A DNA stretch of 64,000 nucleotides, taken from NCBI GenBank assembly GCA_963734495.1, contig CAVTHK010000010.1, forward strand, positions 256,001-320,000. The letters run 5' to 3'. Position 1 is the first letter of the stretch. Each line of letters starts with the position of its first letter. This document shows positions 29,734-40,223 of the stretch, in pieces. The stretch is from an uncultured Spirochaetota bacterium (GTDB lineage: Bacteria; Spirochaetota; Spirochaetia; SZUA-6; CAVTHK01). The position numbers and the translations under genes are program-made. The notes beneath the pieces are model-generated. The model saw only the letters and a list, made by a program, of their open reading frames with translations, was not told the origin of the DNA and did no database searches.

Positions 29734-31918
29734 TCAGTACGCGAGCTCCTTCGCCTTGCCTTCGACGCGGAAATCCGCCTGCAGCGTCGCCGCTGCGCCG
29801 AGCTCCCGGCTGCGCGCGTCGGGCTGGCTCCCGCCGAGGAACACGCGGAATGCGCCCGGCTCGAGCAGGCAGCGGCCGCGGTCGTCGATGAGCGCCATGC
29901 GCCTCGCGGGCAGCGTAAAGCGGACCGCGGACTTCGCGCCCGGCGCCAGGTGCACCCGCTGGAACCCGGCGAGGGACCAGCGCGGCACGCGCGTCGAGGC
30001 TTCGACATCGCTCAGGTACAGCTGCACCACCTCGTCGGAAGCGCGCTTGCCCACGTTCTCGACGACGCCCGAGACGGTGAGGTCGTCGCCGGCGGCGACG
30101 CGATCGGCCGCGAGCTCGAGCCCGCTGTAGCGGAAGGCAGAGTAGCTCAGGCCGAAGCCGAAGGGGTACAGCGGCTCGCCCTGCATGTAGCGGTAGGTCC
30201 GCCCCACCATCGAGTAGTCCTCGAACGGCGGAAGCTGTTCGAGGCTCTTGACCACGGTGACGGGCAATCGACCCGCCGGGCTCGCGTCGCCGAACAGGAC
30301 TTCGGCGATCGCGCGGCCTCCCTCGCCGCCCGGGTACCAGGCCTGCACGATCGAGGCCACGTGCTCGTGAGCCCAGCCCACCGAGAGCGCGCTGCCGGAG
30401 AAGAGCACGAGCACCACCGGCTTGCCCCGGTTCACGATGCGTTCGAGCAGCCGCTGCTGAACCGGGGGCAGGTCGATCCGGCTGCGATCGCCGCCGGCTT
30501 CGGAGCTGCGCGCGGAGCCTTCTTCACCCTCGTACTCCGCGGTCAGGCCGAGGGCGAGGATCACGATGTCGGCGCGGTCCGCCGCAGCCTCCGCCTCGGA
30601 GAACCCCTGGTCCGCGAGGTCGCCCCACTTCGACTGCTTGCCGAGGATCGTGCACCCCTCGGCGTAGATCACGCGGACGCCGCTGCCCGCCCGGTCGCGG
30701 ATGCCGTCCAGCAGCGTGACCGGGTGGCTCGGCGTGCCGTTGTAGTTGCCGACCAGCACCTCCTCCGAGTGCGCGTTGGGCCCGATCACGGCGATCGTGC
30801 CGACGTCGCGCGGCAGCGGGAGGAGCCCGCCGGCGTTCTTGAGCAGGACCATGGTCTCGCGGGCGATGCGCAGGTTCGCCTCGCGGTGCTTGTCGCAGTC
30901 CACGATCTTGTACGGGATGCCAGCGTACGGCACCTTCTCCGGCGGGTCGAACATCCCGAGGCGCATCCTCGCCTCCATCAGGCGGCTGACGGAGAGGTCG
31001 ATCGCCTTCTCGGTGATCAGGCCGCGCGAGATCGCCTCGCCGAGGGACTGGTACGCGCGCCCGCACACCAGGTCGCAGCCGGCGTTCACCGCAAGGGCGG
31101 AGGCTTCGGCCGCGTCAGCCTTCAACTTGTGGTGCTGGTAGATGTCCTCGATCGCGCCGCAGTCCGAGACCACGTAGCCTTTGAACCCCCACTCGTCGCG
31201 CAGGATCTTCTGCAGCAGCGTCGGGCTCGCGCAGCAGGCCTCGCCGTTGGTGCGGTTGTAGGCGCCCATCACCGACCAGGCGCCGGCCTCCTGCACGCAC
31301 TCCTTGAAATGGGGAAGGTATGTCTCGCGCAGGTCCTTCTCGCCCGACCCTCGCGTCGAACTGGTGCCGCAGGGGCTCCGGCCCGCTGTGCACCGCGAAG
31401 TGCTTGGGGGTGGCCACGAGCTTGAGGTAAACGCGGTCGTCGCCCTGCAGGCCCTTGACGAACGCCACGCCGAGGCGGCCGGTGAGGTACGGGTCCTCGC
31501 CGTAGGTCTCCTGGCCGCGGCCCCACCGCGGGTCGCGGAAGATGTTGACGTTGGGCGTCCAGTACGTGAGCCCCTTGTAGATCGCGCGGTCGCCCCGCCG
31601 TGAGAACTCGTGGTGCTTCGCCCTGGCCTCGTCGGAGGTGATCTTGGCAGCCGCATAGACCTCGCCGCCGTCGAAGGTCGCGGCGAGCCCGATCGCCTGC
31701 GGGAAGACCGTGGCGATGCCGGCCCGGCCGACGCCGTGCAGGCACTCGTTCCACCAGTTGTACTCCGGCAGCCCCAGGCGCTCGACCGCGGGCGCCGTGT
31801 AGATCATCTGGGCGATCTTCTCCTGCAGCGACAGGCGCCGCACCAGGTCATCGACGCGGTCCTTGAGCGGGAGGGCCGGGTTCCAGAATGCCATCTTGCT
31901 CGTGTCAGCCGCCGCCAT
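29734..31918 (-). CDS. GH3 beta-xylosidase/beta-glucosidase, frameshifted near 31345
   Basis: WWNECLHG, RDPRWGRGQETYGEDP and KHFAVHSG, then SVMGAYN, VVSDCGAI and a C-terminal Fn3-like domain in the next frame; GAGGAGG RBS. Confidence 0.93.
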
Positions 31919-32246
31919 CGTGATCCTCCTCGCGGGCCGCCCCGGCGTCGCCGTCGCGGATCCGCCGCAGCCTGCCCGCCGCACCTTACCGTAGGCCCGG
32001 ACCGTCGTGCCGGTCAAGCAACAGGCACGTCGGTCGGGCGTACTCGCCCGATGCCCAAGCCCGACGCGCTCGCTGGATAATCGCCCGGGATGTTGCAGGC
32101 GTCGGGTTGACTCGGACTCGAGTTGACCCCGGGCGGTCTACAGGATTATCGTTCGCCGATCGAGAGAGTCGCGGCCCTGCTTGCCTCGAGGCGCGACGAG
32201 AAAGGGGCCGCACGCGCCGCGACCGGCGGCCCTGGCGGGAGCTCCC

Positions 32247-33314
32247 GTGCTTGAGTTCTTCGACAGCTGGAAGGCGGAAATCGTTTCTCAGACGAACGCC
32301 TATCTCGCCTCGCAGGCCCGGCGCCTCGAGGCCGTCAGTGCGTGGGGCCCCGACGTGAGCCGCAGGCTCGCCGACTTCACCTCCCGTGGAAAGATGATCC
32401 GCGGCGGCCTCGTGGCGCTCGGCTACCTCCTCTTCCGCGACGAGCCCCCGCCGGCCGTGCGCGAAGCCGCCGCGGCGATGGAGCTGCTGCAGTCGTCGTT
32501 GCTCGTGCACGATGACATCATGGACGGCGATCTCACCCGCCGCGGGCTGCCGACGGTCTTTTGCCAGTACGACACGGAGGGAGCCGGGCGGGGCGTGGCG
32601 GACAGCAGGCACTTCGGCGAGGCGATGGGCATCTGCGCGGGAGACGTTTCCTTCTTCTTTGCGTTCGACCTGCTGGCGCGGCTCGCGCTGCCGCCGGGCG
32701 ACGTGCTGAGGATCCTCCATCTCGCCCACGAGACGGCGGTCGAGACGTGCGTCGCCCAGATGCAGGACGTTTCGCTCGGGGCCGCGGCCTCGGAGCAGCT
32801 GGTGCGCGAAGCGGACGTGCTGTCCGTATACCGCTACAAGACCGGGCGGTACACCTTCACCCTGCCCCTTCGCATAGGCGCCGTCATCGCGGGCCAGGGA
32901 GACGCGGCCCTCCAGGGTCTGGACCGCGTCGGCGAGCAGCTCGGCATGATCTTCCAGATCAAGGACGACGAGCTCGGCATCTACGGGACCGAGCAGGAGA
33001 TCGGCAAGCCCGTCGGCTCGGACATCGCGGCTGGCAAGAAGACGCTCTTCTACGTCTACCTGCTGGAGGCTGCCGCGGGCGAGCAGCGGCAGCGTGTGCG
33101 GAAGTTGTTCGGGACCGGCAGCGCGTCCGGGGAAGCCGTGAGCGCCGTCCGCCGCCTGATCGAGGAGCTCGGCGTGAGGCGGCGGATCGGCCTTCGCGTC
33201 GAAGAGCTCGCGTCTCAAGCGAGAGACGCGATCGCGGCCCTCCCGGCCGCCCGCGAGCGCTACCGGGCCCTGCTGCTCGAGCTGCTCGACTACAACCTCT
33301 CGCGCGCGCGGTGA
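32247..33314 (+). CDS. Polyprenyl diphosphate synthase
   Basis: GKMIR, LLVHDDIMD..RRG, KTGRY, FQIKDD and GKKT; GTG start inferred. Confidence 0.92.
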   Translation: MLEFFDSWKAEIVSQTNAYLASQARRLEAVSAWGPDVSRRLADFTSRGKMIRGGLVALGYLLFRDEPPPAVREAAAAMELLQSSLLVHDDIMDGDLTRRGLPTVFCQYDTEGAGRGVADSRHFGEAMGICAGDVSFFFAFDLLARLALPPGDVLRILHLAHETAVETCVAQMQDVSLGAAASEQLVREADVLSVYRYKTGRYTFTLPLRIGAVIAGQGDAALQGLDRVGEQLGMIFQIKDDELGIYGTEQEIGKPVGSDIAAGKKTLFYVYLLEAAAGEQRQRVRKLFGTGSASGEAVSAVRRLIEELGVRRRIGLRVEELASQARDAIAALPAARERYRALLLELLDYNLSRAR

Positions 33315-33435
33315 GGCGAGGGGGATACGCGGCGACGCGCAGATCCGGCGCACCGCGGGGCCCGGCGAGCGCTGTCGACAGGCGAGCGCTGTCGTCCTTG
33401 ACCGCGCGGCCCGGACCGGGTTAGCTTCGCACTCT

Positions 33436-34653
33436 ATGAAGGACGAGCTCTCCTACATGATCATCACGCCGTACACGATCGGGAAGTCGCGTACGGGCGG
33501 AGTCATCTCCAGGCTGCTCTCGCGCGTGGACCTCGAGCTCGTTGCCGCGCAGGTGCTCGCGCCCACGGCGGAGGTGGCGCGCGCATACGCCGACTACTTC
33601 GTCGCGCAGAAGGAATCGATGCGTCCTCCGGCCGCCGAGATCCTCAGCGAGTACGTTCTGCGCAACTTTTCTCCCGGCGAAGGCCGGCGCCACCGCATCA
33701 TGATCCTGCTCTTCCGCGGCGACGACGCCTGCCGCAAGCTCGCGGACACCGCCGGGGCGCTGTTCCCGGAGAACGTCGGCCTCGAGAGCATCCAGGGCGA
33801 GACGATCCGCGACACCTACCTGGACCTGATATGGTCGCGCACGGAGCCCGGAAAGCTCGAGTACTTCGAGCCGGCCGTGCTCACCGCCCCGACGATGGAG
33901 CGGGCCGTGCAGGCGCTGAGGATCTTTGCCGAGTGCGCCTCCCGGGAGCCGAACCTCGTCGCCGACATGAGGTACCCCGACTCCAAGAACGTCGAGCGCA
34001 CGCTCGTGATCATCAAGCCCGACAACTGGCGCGCGCCCAGCACGAGGCCCGGCAGCATCATCGACATGTTCAGCCGCACCGGCCTGCGGATCATCGGGAT
34101 CAAGGTCAACCAGATGTCGGTCAACGAGGCCATGGAGTTCTACGGGCCGGTGCGCGAGGCGCTCGTCCACAGGCTGGCCCCCGCGGCCGCCCTGCGGGCC
34201 AAGGCGGTCCTGGAGCGCGAGTTCAACCTCTCTCTCCCGCCCGACGTCGAGGAGGCGCTCGTGCGCAGCTTCGGCCGCCGCTACGCGGAGGACCAGTTTT
34301 CGCGCATCGTGGAGTTCATGTCGGGACGGAGGCCCGAGGCCTGCACGGAGGAGGAGAAGGCGGCCCCGGGCAGGGTCAAGTCCCTGCTGCTGTGCTACGA
34401 GGGCGAGAACGCGGTGCGCAAGATCCGCGACGTGCTCGGCCCCACCGACCCGGCCAAGGCCCCGGGCGGCACCGTGCGCGCCGACTTCGGCAGCAACATC
34501 ATGGAGAACACCGCCCACGCCTCCGATTCCCCGGAGAGCGCGGTGCGGGAGATGCGGATCGTGCGGATGAACGAGAACGGCCTGGCGTCGATCATCTTCG
34601 ACTATCTCAAGGACTGGGAACGGCGCCGCGCGGCCGCGCGGGCTGCCTCGTGA
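33436..34653 (+). CDS. ndk: Long two-domain nucleoside diphosphate kinase
   Basis: ERTLVIIKPD, LGPTDP and GTVRADFG..ENTAHASDS in the C-terminal half; degenerate NDK-like N-terminal half. Confidence 0.85.
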   Translation: MKDELSYMIITPYTIGKSRTGGVISRLLSRVDLELVAAQVLAPTAEVARAYADYFVAQKESMRPPAAEILSEYVLRNFSPGEGRRHRIMILLFRGDDACRKLADTAGALFPENVGLESIQGETIRDTYLDLIWSRTEPGKLEYFEPAVLTAPTMERAVQALRIFAECASREPNLVADMRYPDSKNVERTLVIIKPDNWRAPSTRPGSIIDMFSRTGLRIIGIKVNQMSVNEAMEFYGPVREALVHRLAPAAALRAKAVLEREFNLSLPPDVEEALVRSFGRRYAEDQFSRIVEFMSGRRPEACTEEEKAAPGRVKSLLLCYEGENAVRKIRDVLGPTDPAKAPGGTVRADFGSNIMENTAHASDSPESAVREMRIVRMNENGLASIIFDYLKDWERRRAAARAAS

Positions 34654-34669
34654 GCCCCGCTTACCCCGG

Positions 34670-36178
34670 ATGAGCGAGCGGCGTTTGTACGACGTCTGCA
34701 TAATCGGCGCCGGCGTCGTCGGGTGCGCCGTAGCGCGCGAGCTCTCCCGCTTCCGCGCCCGCGTGCTGCTGCTCGAGCGCGGCGACGACGTCGCCTTCGG
34801 CGCGACCAAGGCCAACAGCGGCATCGTCCACGGCGCGTACTCCTCGACCCACGGGACGCTCAAGGCGTCCTTGTGCCGAGCCGGCGCGCTCATGTACCCC
34901 CGCCTCAACGAGGAGCTGGCGTTCGGCTATCGCAAGACCGGAGCGCTCGTCCTTGCCTTTTCGCCCGAGGAAAAGCAGGCGCTGAGAGACCTGGCGGCGA
35001 ACGGCCTCGCCAACGGCGACGACGACCTCGAGATGCTCGGGGCGGAGCAGGTTCGCGGCCTCGAGCCGCGGCTCAACCCGGAGGTCGAGGCCGCGCTGCT
35101 CTGTCCTTCGGTCGGCGTCACTTCCCCCTACGAGATGGCGATCGCGCTCGCCGAGAACGCCGTCGCCAACGGGGTCGAGCTTCGCCTCGGCTCGGAGGTC
35201 ACGTCACTCTCGCCGGACGCCGGGCAGGACGGCCGCGTGTTCCATCTGGTCGCCGGAGGGAGCGAGGTCGCCGCTCGATTCGTCGTGAATGCGGCGGGCG
35301 TCTACGCCGACCGAGTCGCCTCGTTCGTCGGCGAGCCCGGCTTCCGGATCACGCCCAGGCAGGGCCAGTACGTGCTCTTCGAGCGCGGAACGGGGGCTGC
35401 CGTAAGCCGCGTGATCTTCCAGGTCCCCACCGCCCGCGGCAAGGGGATCCTGGTCACCAGCACCTACCATGGGAACCTCATGATCGGCCCGAATGCGAAC
35501 GAGGTGGATAGCCCCGAGGATGAACGCACGTCTCTCGACGTCCTCGGGGACATCGTCGCGATCGCGCGGCGCTCGCTCCCCGATTTCGACCTGAAGCAGG
35601 TGCTCACGACCTTCGCGGGGGTCCGCGCGACGTCGGACACCAAGGACTTCGTCATCGGCCCGGGCGCCGTCCCGGGATTCATCACCGCCGGCGGGATCGA
35701 CTCTCCCGGCCTCACCAGCGCCCCTGCGATTGCCGAGCGGGTGCGGGACCTGCTGGCCGACGCCGGCCTCGGCCTCGAGCCGAGGCCCGACTTCGAACCG
35801 ACGAGGCGGCCGATCATCGTGCCCAAGAACCTGTCGGACAGGGAAGTGGTGCCGCTGCTGGAGGCTCCCGGCCCCGGGCGTATCGTCTGCCGGTGCGAGC
35901 GCGTGACCGAAGGCGAGATCCTCGACGCGCTGTCCCGCGGCATCCCCGTCCGCACCATCGACGCGGTCAAGAGACGCACGCGCGCCGGAATGGGCAAGTG
36001 CCAGGGCCGGTTCTGCCGGCCCCGCGTCGCGGCGATTCTCGAGCGCGAGAACGGCGTCGACGCGGCGGAGGCGATCCGGGCGTACGAGCAGCGGCTGGCT
36101 TCGAAGAGCCGTGCGCTCACGCGCCTCGTGCGCATGGCCGCGTGGTCGGCCGCGGACGCGAGGACGGGCGAGCGCTGA
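34670..36178 (+). CDS. FAD-dependent oxidoreductase (GlpA/LhgO-like) with BFD-like [2Fe-2S] domain
   Basis: IIGAGVVG, TKANSGIVH, SPGLTSAPA and CRCE...GMGKCQGRFC. Confidence 0.9.
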   Translation: MSERRLYDVCIIGAGVVGCAVARELSRFRARVLLLERGDDVAFGATKANSGIVHGAYSSTHGTLKASLCRAGALMYPRLNEELAFGYRKTGALVLAFSPEEKQALRDLAANGLANGDDDLEMLGAEQVRGLEPRLNPEVEAALLCPSVGVTSPYEMAIALAENAVANGVELRLGSEVTSLSPDAGQDGRVFHLVAGGSEVAARFVVNAAGVYADRVASFVGEPGFRITPRQGQYVLFERGTGAAVSRVIFQVPTARGKGILVTSTYHGNLMIGPNANEVDSPEDERTSLDVLGDIVAIARRSLPDFDLKQVLTTFAGVRATSDTKDFVIGPGAVPGFITAGGIDSPGLTSAPAIAERVRDLLADAGLGLEPRPDFEPTRRPIIVPKNLSDREVVPLLEAPGPGRIVCRCERVTEGEILDALSRGIPVRTIDAVKRRTRAGMGKCQGRFCRPRVAAILERENGVDAAEAIRAYEQRLASKSRALTRLVRMAAWSAADARTGER

Positions 36179-36235
36179 ACGGAGCCGCGGAATGCGGCGA
36201 CCGCGACGACGAAGCGGCGGGACCGCGCGGGCGCG

Positions 36236-36607
36236 CTACCCCCGGAAGAACGCCAGGAACTGCTGCGGACCCACGTAGTTGCTCTCGCCGACGAGCTTGC
36301 CGTCCCGGTAGTAGCGCACGTACGGGATCTCGTAGTTCCGCCAGTGCGTCTCCTTGAACCTCATGAAGGCTTCGAAGTAGTCGACCCGGTTGTAGAGAAG
36401 CTCGAAGACCGTCACGGCGGGGACCGACGGATCGCCGCCGGACGCCAGATCGCTCAGGTGCCGGTCGAGCGCGGCATACTGCGGGCACCAATCCTGCGAC
36501 AACAGCACCGCAACGCACGGGGCGGCGGCGATGACGCTCGCGTCGAACTCGCCATCCTTCATCGCCTGCTCGGCCTGCGCCTGCTTGAGCTGCCTTCTCT
36601 CCACCAT
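36236..36607 (-). CDS. Thioredoxin-fold-like hypothetical protein
   Basis: SQDWCPQY and IPYVRYYRDGK resemble the Trx active-site and cis-Pro regions. Confidence 0.65.
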   Translation of the reverse strand: MVERRQLKQAQAEQAMKDGEFDASVIAAAPCVAVLLSQDWCPQYAALDRHLSDLASGGDPSVPAVTVFELLYNRVDYFEAFMRFKETHWRNYEIPYVRYYRDGKLVGESNYVGPQQFLAFFRG

Positions 36608-36672
36608 GTGAGACCGAAGCTACAACAGCGAGGCGACCGGCGTCAAATTGCGTCAATCAGGCGCGGGAGGGA

Positions 36673-37657
36673 TCAGCGCGGGGCGAGATCCGCCAGGGGC
36701 AGCGCCTCGATCCCGAGCGAGTCGCGCAGGTGGCGCGCGAGAGTGAGGCTCTCGCCGTGGGTCACGTAGACCACGCGGGCGCCGCTCTCCGCCACGGTCG
36801 CCACGAGCTGAGGCCAGTCCGCATGATCGGAAAGGGCGAAGCCCCGGTCGTATCGGCCGTCCGGCACGCCGGTGCGCATCCAGCCCGAAACAAAGGCGGT
36901 CTGCGCATCGCGGAGGCGGCGCGTCGCGGCGCAGCTCCTGCGCCGACGGCGGGGCGATCACCAGCTCGCCGCGAAGCGGCTCACCCCGCGGGACCGAGGC
37001 GATCGGAGCCGCGGGCAGCATGCGGATGCCGGCGCGCCTGTAGATCTCCGTGATCCGCACGGCGCGGTGGTGAAGGTACACCTTCCGGTCCGTGCGCAGC
37101 GCGAGCTCCGCGAGCACCCGTTGCGTCTTTCCGAACGCGTAGCAGAAGAGCAGGCTCGGGCGATCCGGCGCGCCCTGCCACCAGCGATAGATGGCTTCGA
37201 CGACCTGCGCCGCCGGCTCCCAGCGATACTCCGGAAGCCCGAAGGTCGCCTCGGTTATGAGGGTGTCGCATGGGACGGGCTCGAAGGGCTCGCACGAGGG
37301 GTCGGCATCCCGCTTGAAGTCTCCGGTCACCACCCAGACGCGACCGCCCGCCTCCACGCGGACCTGCGCGGAGCCGAGCACGTGTCCGGCGGGGTGGAGC
37401 GAAACCCGCGCGTCCCCCAGGGCGAGGCGTTCGCCGTAGTCGACGGCGCGCACCCGGATCCCCTTGCCGAGCCGCGCGCGCAGGACCGCCACGCCCGACC
37501 GCGCCGCGATGTACAGCCGCGAGCCGCGGGAGGCGTGGTCCGCGTGAGCATGCGTGACGATCGCGCAGTCGACGGCGCGCGAAGGGTCGACGTGGAACCC
37601 TCCGGCGCCGCAGAAGAGCCCGCACTCATCGACGCGGATCAGCGCCGTCCCGGTCAC
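36673..37657 (-). CDS. Ligase-associated DNA damage response exonuclease (metallo-beta-lactamase), frameshifted near the 3' end
   Basis: THAHADH, AGHVLGSAQ and ITEATFGLP; LSDHADWPQL..VTHG in another frame. Confidence 0.88.
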
Positions 37658-37771
37658 GGGTCCAGAGTATCAGGCCCGGCGCCGCGCGAAAAGCCTGTTG
37701 TCACGTCATCCGCGCCCGGGTATGTTGCCCTCGCGCAGCCGGGAACATCCCCGTGCGGTCGGAGGCTCTGA

Positions 37772-38917
37772 GTGATCCGCGACCGGACCGTCATCACGGG
37801 CTCGTCGTACATGGCCATGTTCTTCCTCGGGGTCTCGATCCAGGTGGTCGGTGCGGCCGCGCGGAACATCGGGCTTTCGGCGTCCGAGATCGGGCTCCTG
37901 GTGGCGGCCCAGAACGTCGGCTTCGTCGCGGGCGTGCTGGTCGCCGGATCGCTCGCGGACACCCGCTCCAAGCCGCGCATCCTCCTCGCCGCGAGCGTCC
38001 TGCTGGCCGCGAGCTTCTCCACCTTCTACGTCAGCCCGCGGCTCGCGCCCAACCTCGCGGTCATGCTCGCCATGGGAGTCGGCATCGGGGCCTACGAGGC
38101 GGTGACCGACGCAATGCTGCTGGAAATCCACGCGCGGAACGAGAGCCTTCACATTAATGTCAATCATTTCTTCGTCACCCTCGGCTCCCTCGTGGTCACC
38201 GCCTACCTGATCGCGCTGCAGATGTCCTGGCGGCGCTCGATGGTGCAGTCGGCCGCGGGCGCCGCGGCGCTCGCGCTGCTGTTCGCGCTCACGTCGCTTC
38301 CCCCGCGCCGGGCGGCGGGGACGACGCTCGGCGAACGGCTCAAGGTCTTCGTCGGCGAACGGGCCTTTGTCTTCGCGTTCGCGCTCACCGTCGTCGCCCT
38401 CGGTGCCGCGACCACGTCGCAGAGCGTGATGACCACCTATCTCATGGAGCTGCGCGGCATGACCCAGGTCACGTCGAAGGTCGCCCTCGTCGTGCTGCTC
38501 GCCGGAGTCGGCGCGGGCAGGATCGCGATCGGCGTGCTCACGCGCGGCGGCCGCATCTACCCCACCCTGCTCGCCTCGTGCGCGCTGTCCGCGGCGACCA
38601 ATGCGCTCTTCTACTTTGCCGATCTCGGGCCGGCCGTCTACGTCGTGATCTTCGTGCAGGGCGTCACGCAGTCAGCGCTCCTGCCCCTGCTGATCACGCT
38701 CACCGGAGTCCTCTACAGGAAGGTCTCCGGCACGGCAATGGGCGTGCTCAAGCTCGCGATCCCCCTCGGCGGGATCCTGCTCCCGCTGATGTTCTCGGCG
38801 CTGACGGAGGTGATGGCGCTGTCCGCCGCCGTGGTGTTCTTTCCGGCCACGTTCGTGCTCGCCTGCGGGCTCGCCGTGCTCGGGCGCCGAAGTCTCCGCA
38901 CGGAAGCGACACGCTGA
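37772..38917 (+). CDS. MFS transporter
   Basis: About 12 hydrophobic segments; GSLADTRSK loop; GGAGG RBS. Confidence 0.85.
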   Translation: MIRDRTVITGSSYMAMFFLGVSIQVVGAAARNIGLSASEIGLLVAAQNVGFVAGVLVAGSLADTRSKPRILLAASVLLAASFSTFYVSPRLAPNLAVMLAMGVGIGAYEAVTDAMLLEIHARNESLHINVNHFFVTLGSLVVTAYLIALQMSWRRSMVQSAAGAAALALLFALTSLPPRRAAGTTLGERLKVFVGERAFVFAFALTVVALGAATTSQSVMTTYLMELRGMTQVTSKVALVVLLAGVGAGRIAIGVLTRGGRIYPTLLASCALSAATNALFYFADLGPAVYVVIFVQGVTQSALLPLLITLTGVLYRKVSGTAMGVLKLAIPLGGILLPLMFSALTEVMALSAAVVFFPATFVLACGLAVLGRRSLRTEATR

Positions 38918-38953
38918 GGCGGCCTTTCGCCGCGCCGGGCTGCACCGCGCCCG

Positions 38954-40169
38954 TCAGTCGAACAGGTCGCCCTGGCGCCACTGCGCGCCGCCCTCGCGCC
39001 TCACAGGCCCCGAGGCGGTGCGCCCGCCGAGCCCGGGCGAGGCGCGCAGCTCCCGCTCCACCACGGCGTCGAAATCCGCCTCCGGCCTGCCGCGGTCCTC
39101 GACCAGCAACGCCAGGCGGGAGAGGGCGCGCAGCCCCTCGAGGCGCTCCGACCGCTCGATCCGCGCCTTTTCGACCGCGCGCCGCAGCACGGCGATGCTC
39201 TGGTCGTAGACGCTCGTCGGGACCGGGAAAGGGTGGCCGTCCTTGCCGCCGTGCGCGAAGGCGAAGCGCGCGGGGTCGTCGAAGCGGTGCGGCGCGCCGT
39301 AGATGACCTCGGCCACGAGCGCGAGCGCCTGCATCGTCCGCGGCCCCACGCCCGGAACGAGCAGCGCCTCGGCGAAGTCGGCGAGCCCGCGCTCGTACGC
39401 GAGCGCGAGCACCGCGCCGAGGCGGCGCGAGTCGACGTCCGCCGCGGTCACTTCGTGCCGCCGCGGCAGCAGGAGCCGCCGCATCTCGGCGAGCTGGCGG
39501 CCGGGCGGCTCCCGCAGGAACTCGACGATGCCGCGGCGTGCCGCCTCGGCGCGGCCGTCGGAGAGGTTGGTGATCTCGCCCTGGCGCTCGCCGACGATGG
39601 CCGCCTGCGGGTCGGAGACGAACGAGCGGACGCCGGTCGAATGCCAGTGGTACCGGCGGGCGAGACGGCTTGCCGGGTTCATGCCCTGCTGGATCACGGC
39701 CCACTCTCCGTCGCGCGTGACGACAAAGGAGTGCAGGTACAGCGAGAAGCCGTCCTGAACGCAGGTGTTGTCGACCTTGGCCGCGAGCCGGGACGCGCGG
39801 GCGAGCGCTTCGCCGTCGAGCCCCGAAGCCGAAGCGTACGCCCGCAGCTCGTCCGGCGTGCGCCGCGAATAACGGCCGCGGCCCCCGCAGACGACGATGC
39901 CGAGGTCGCGCTCGCGCGGCGCGAGCCCGCGCTTGAGCGCGCCCATGACCGACGTCGTGATCCCCGACGAGTGCCAGTCCATGCCCATGACCGCGCCGAG
40001 CGCCTGGAACCAGTAAGGGTCGCTCAGGCGGGAGAGCAGCTCGGTGCGGCCGAACTCGACGACGACTGCTTCCGAGATGGCGCCGCCCGAGCCGCGTCAT
40101 CCGCTCGGCCAGCCAGGCCGGGACGCGTCCGTTGTGCAGGGGAAGATCCGCCGTGCCGCCTCGCCTCAT
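38954..40169 (-). CDS. DUF763-domain protein, frameshifted near 40085
   Basis: ADLPLH.GRVP.WL start; MGMDWHSSGITT, AKVDN, QQGM and AHGGKDGHPFPV. Confidence 0.9.
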
Positions 40170-40223
40170 CGGCTCCTCTCCTCCGAAAGCGGTCCTCTGC
40201 GCGCCCAGGCGCGCGCCGCGCTG

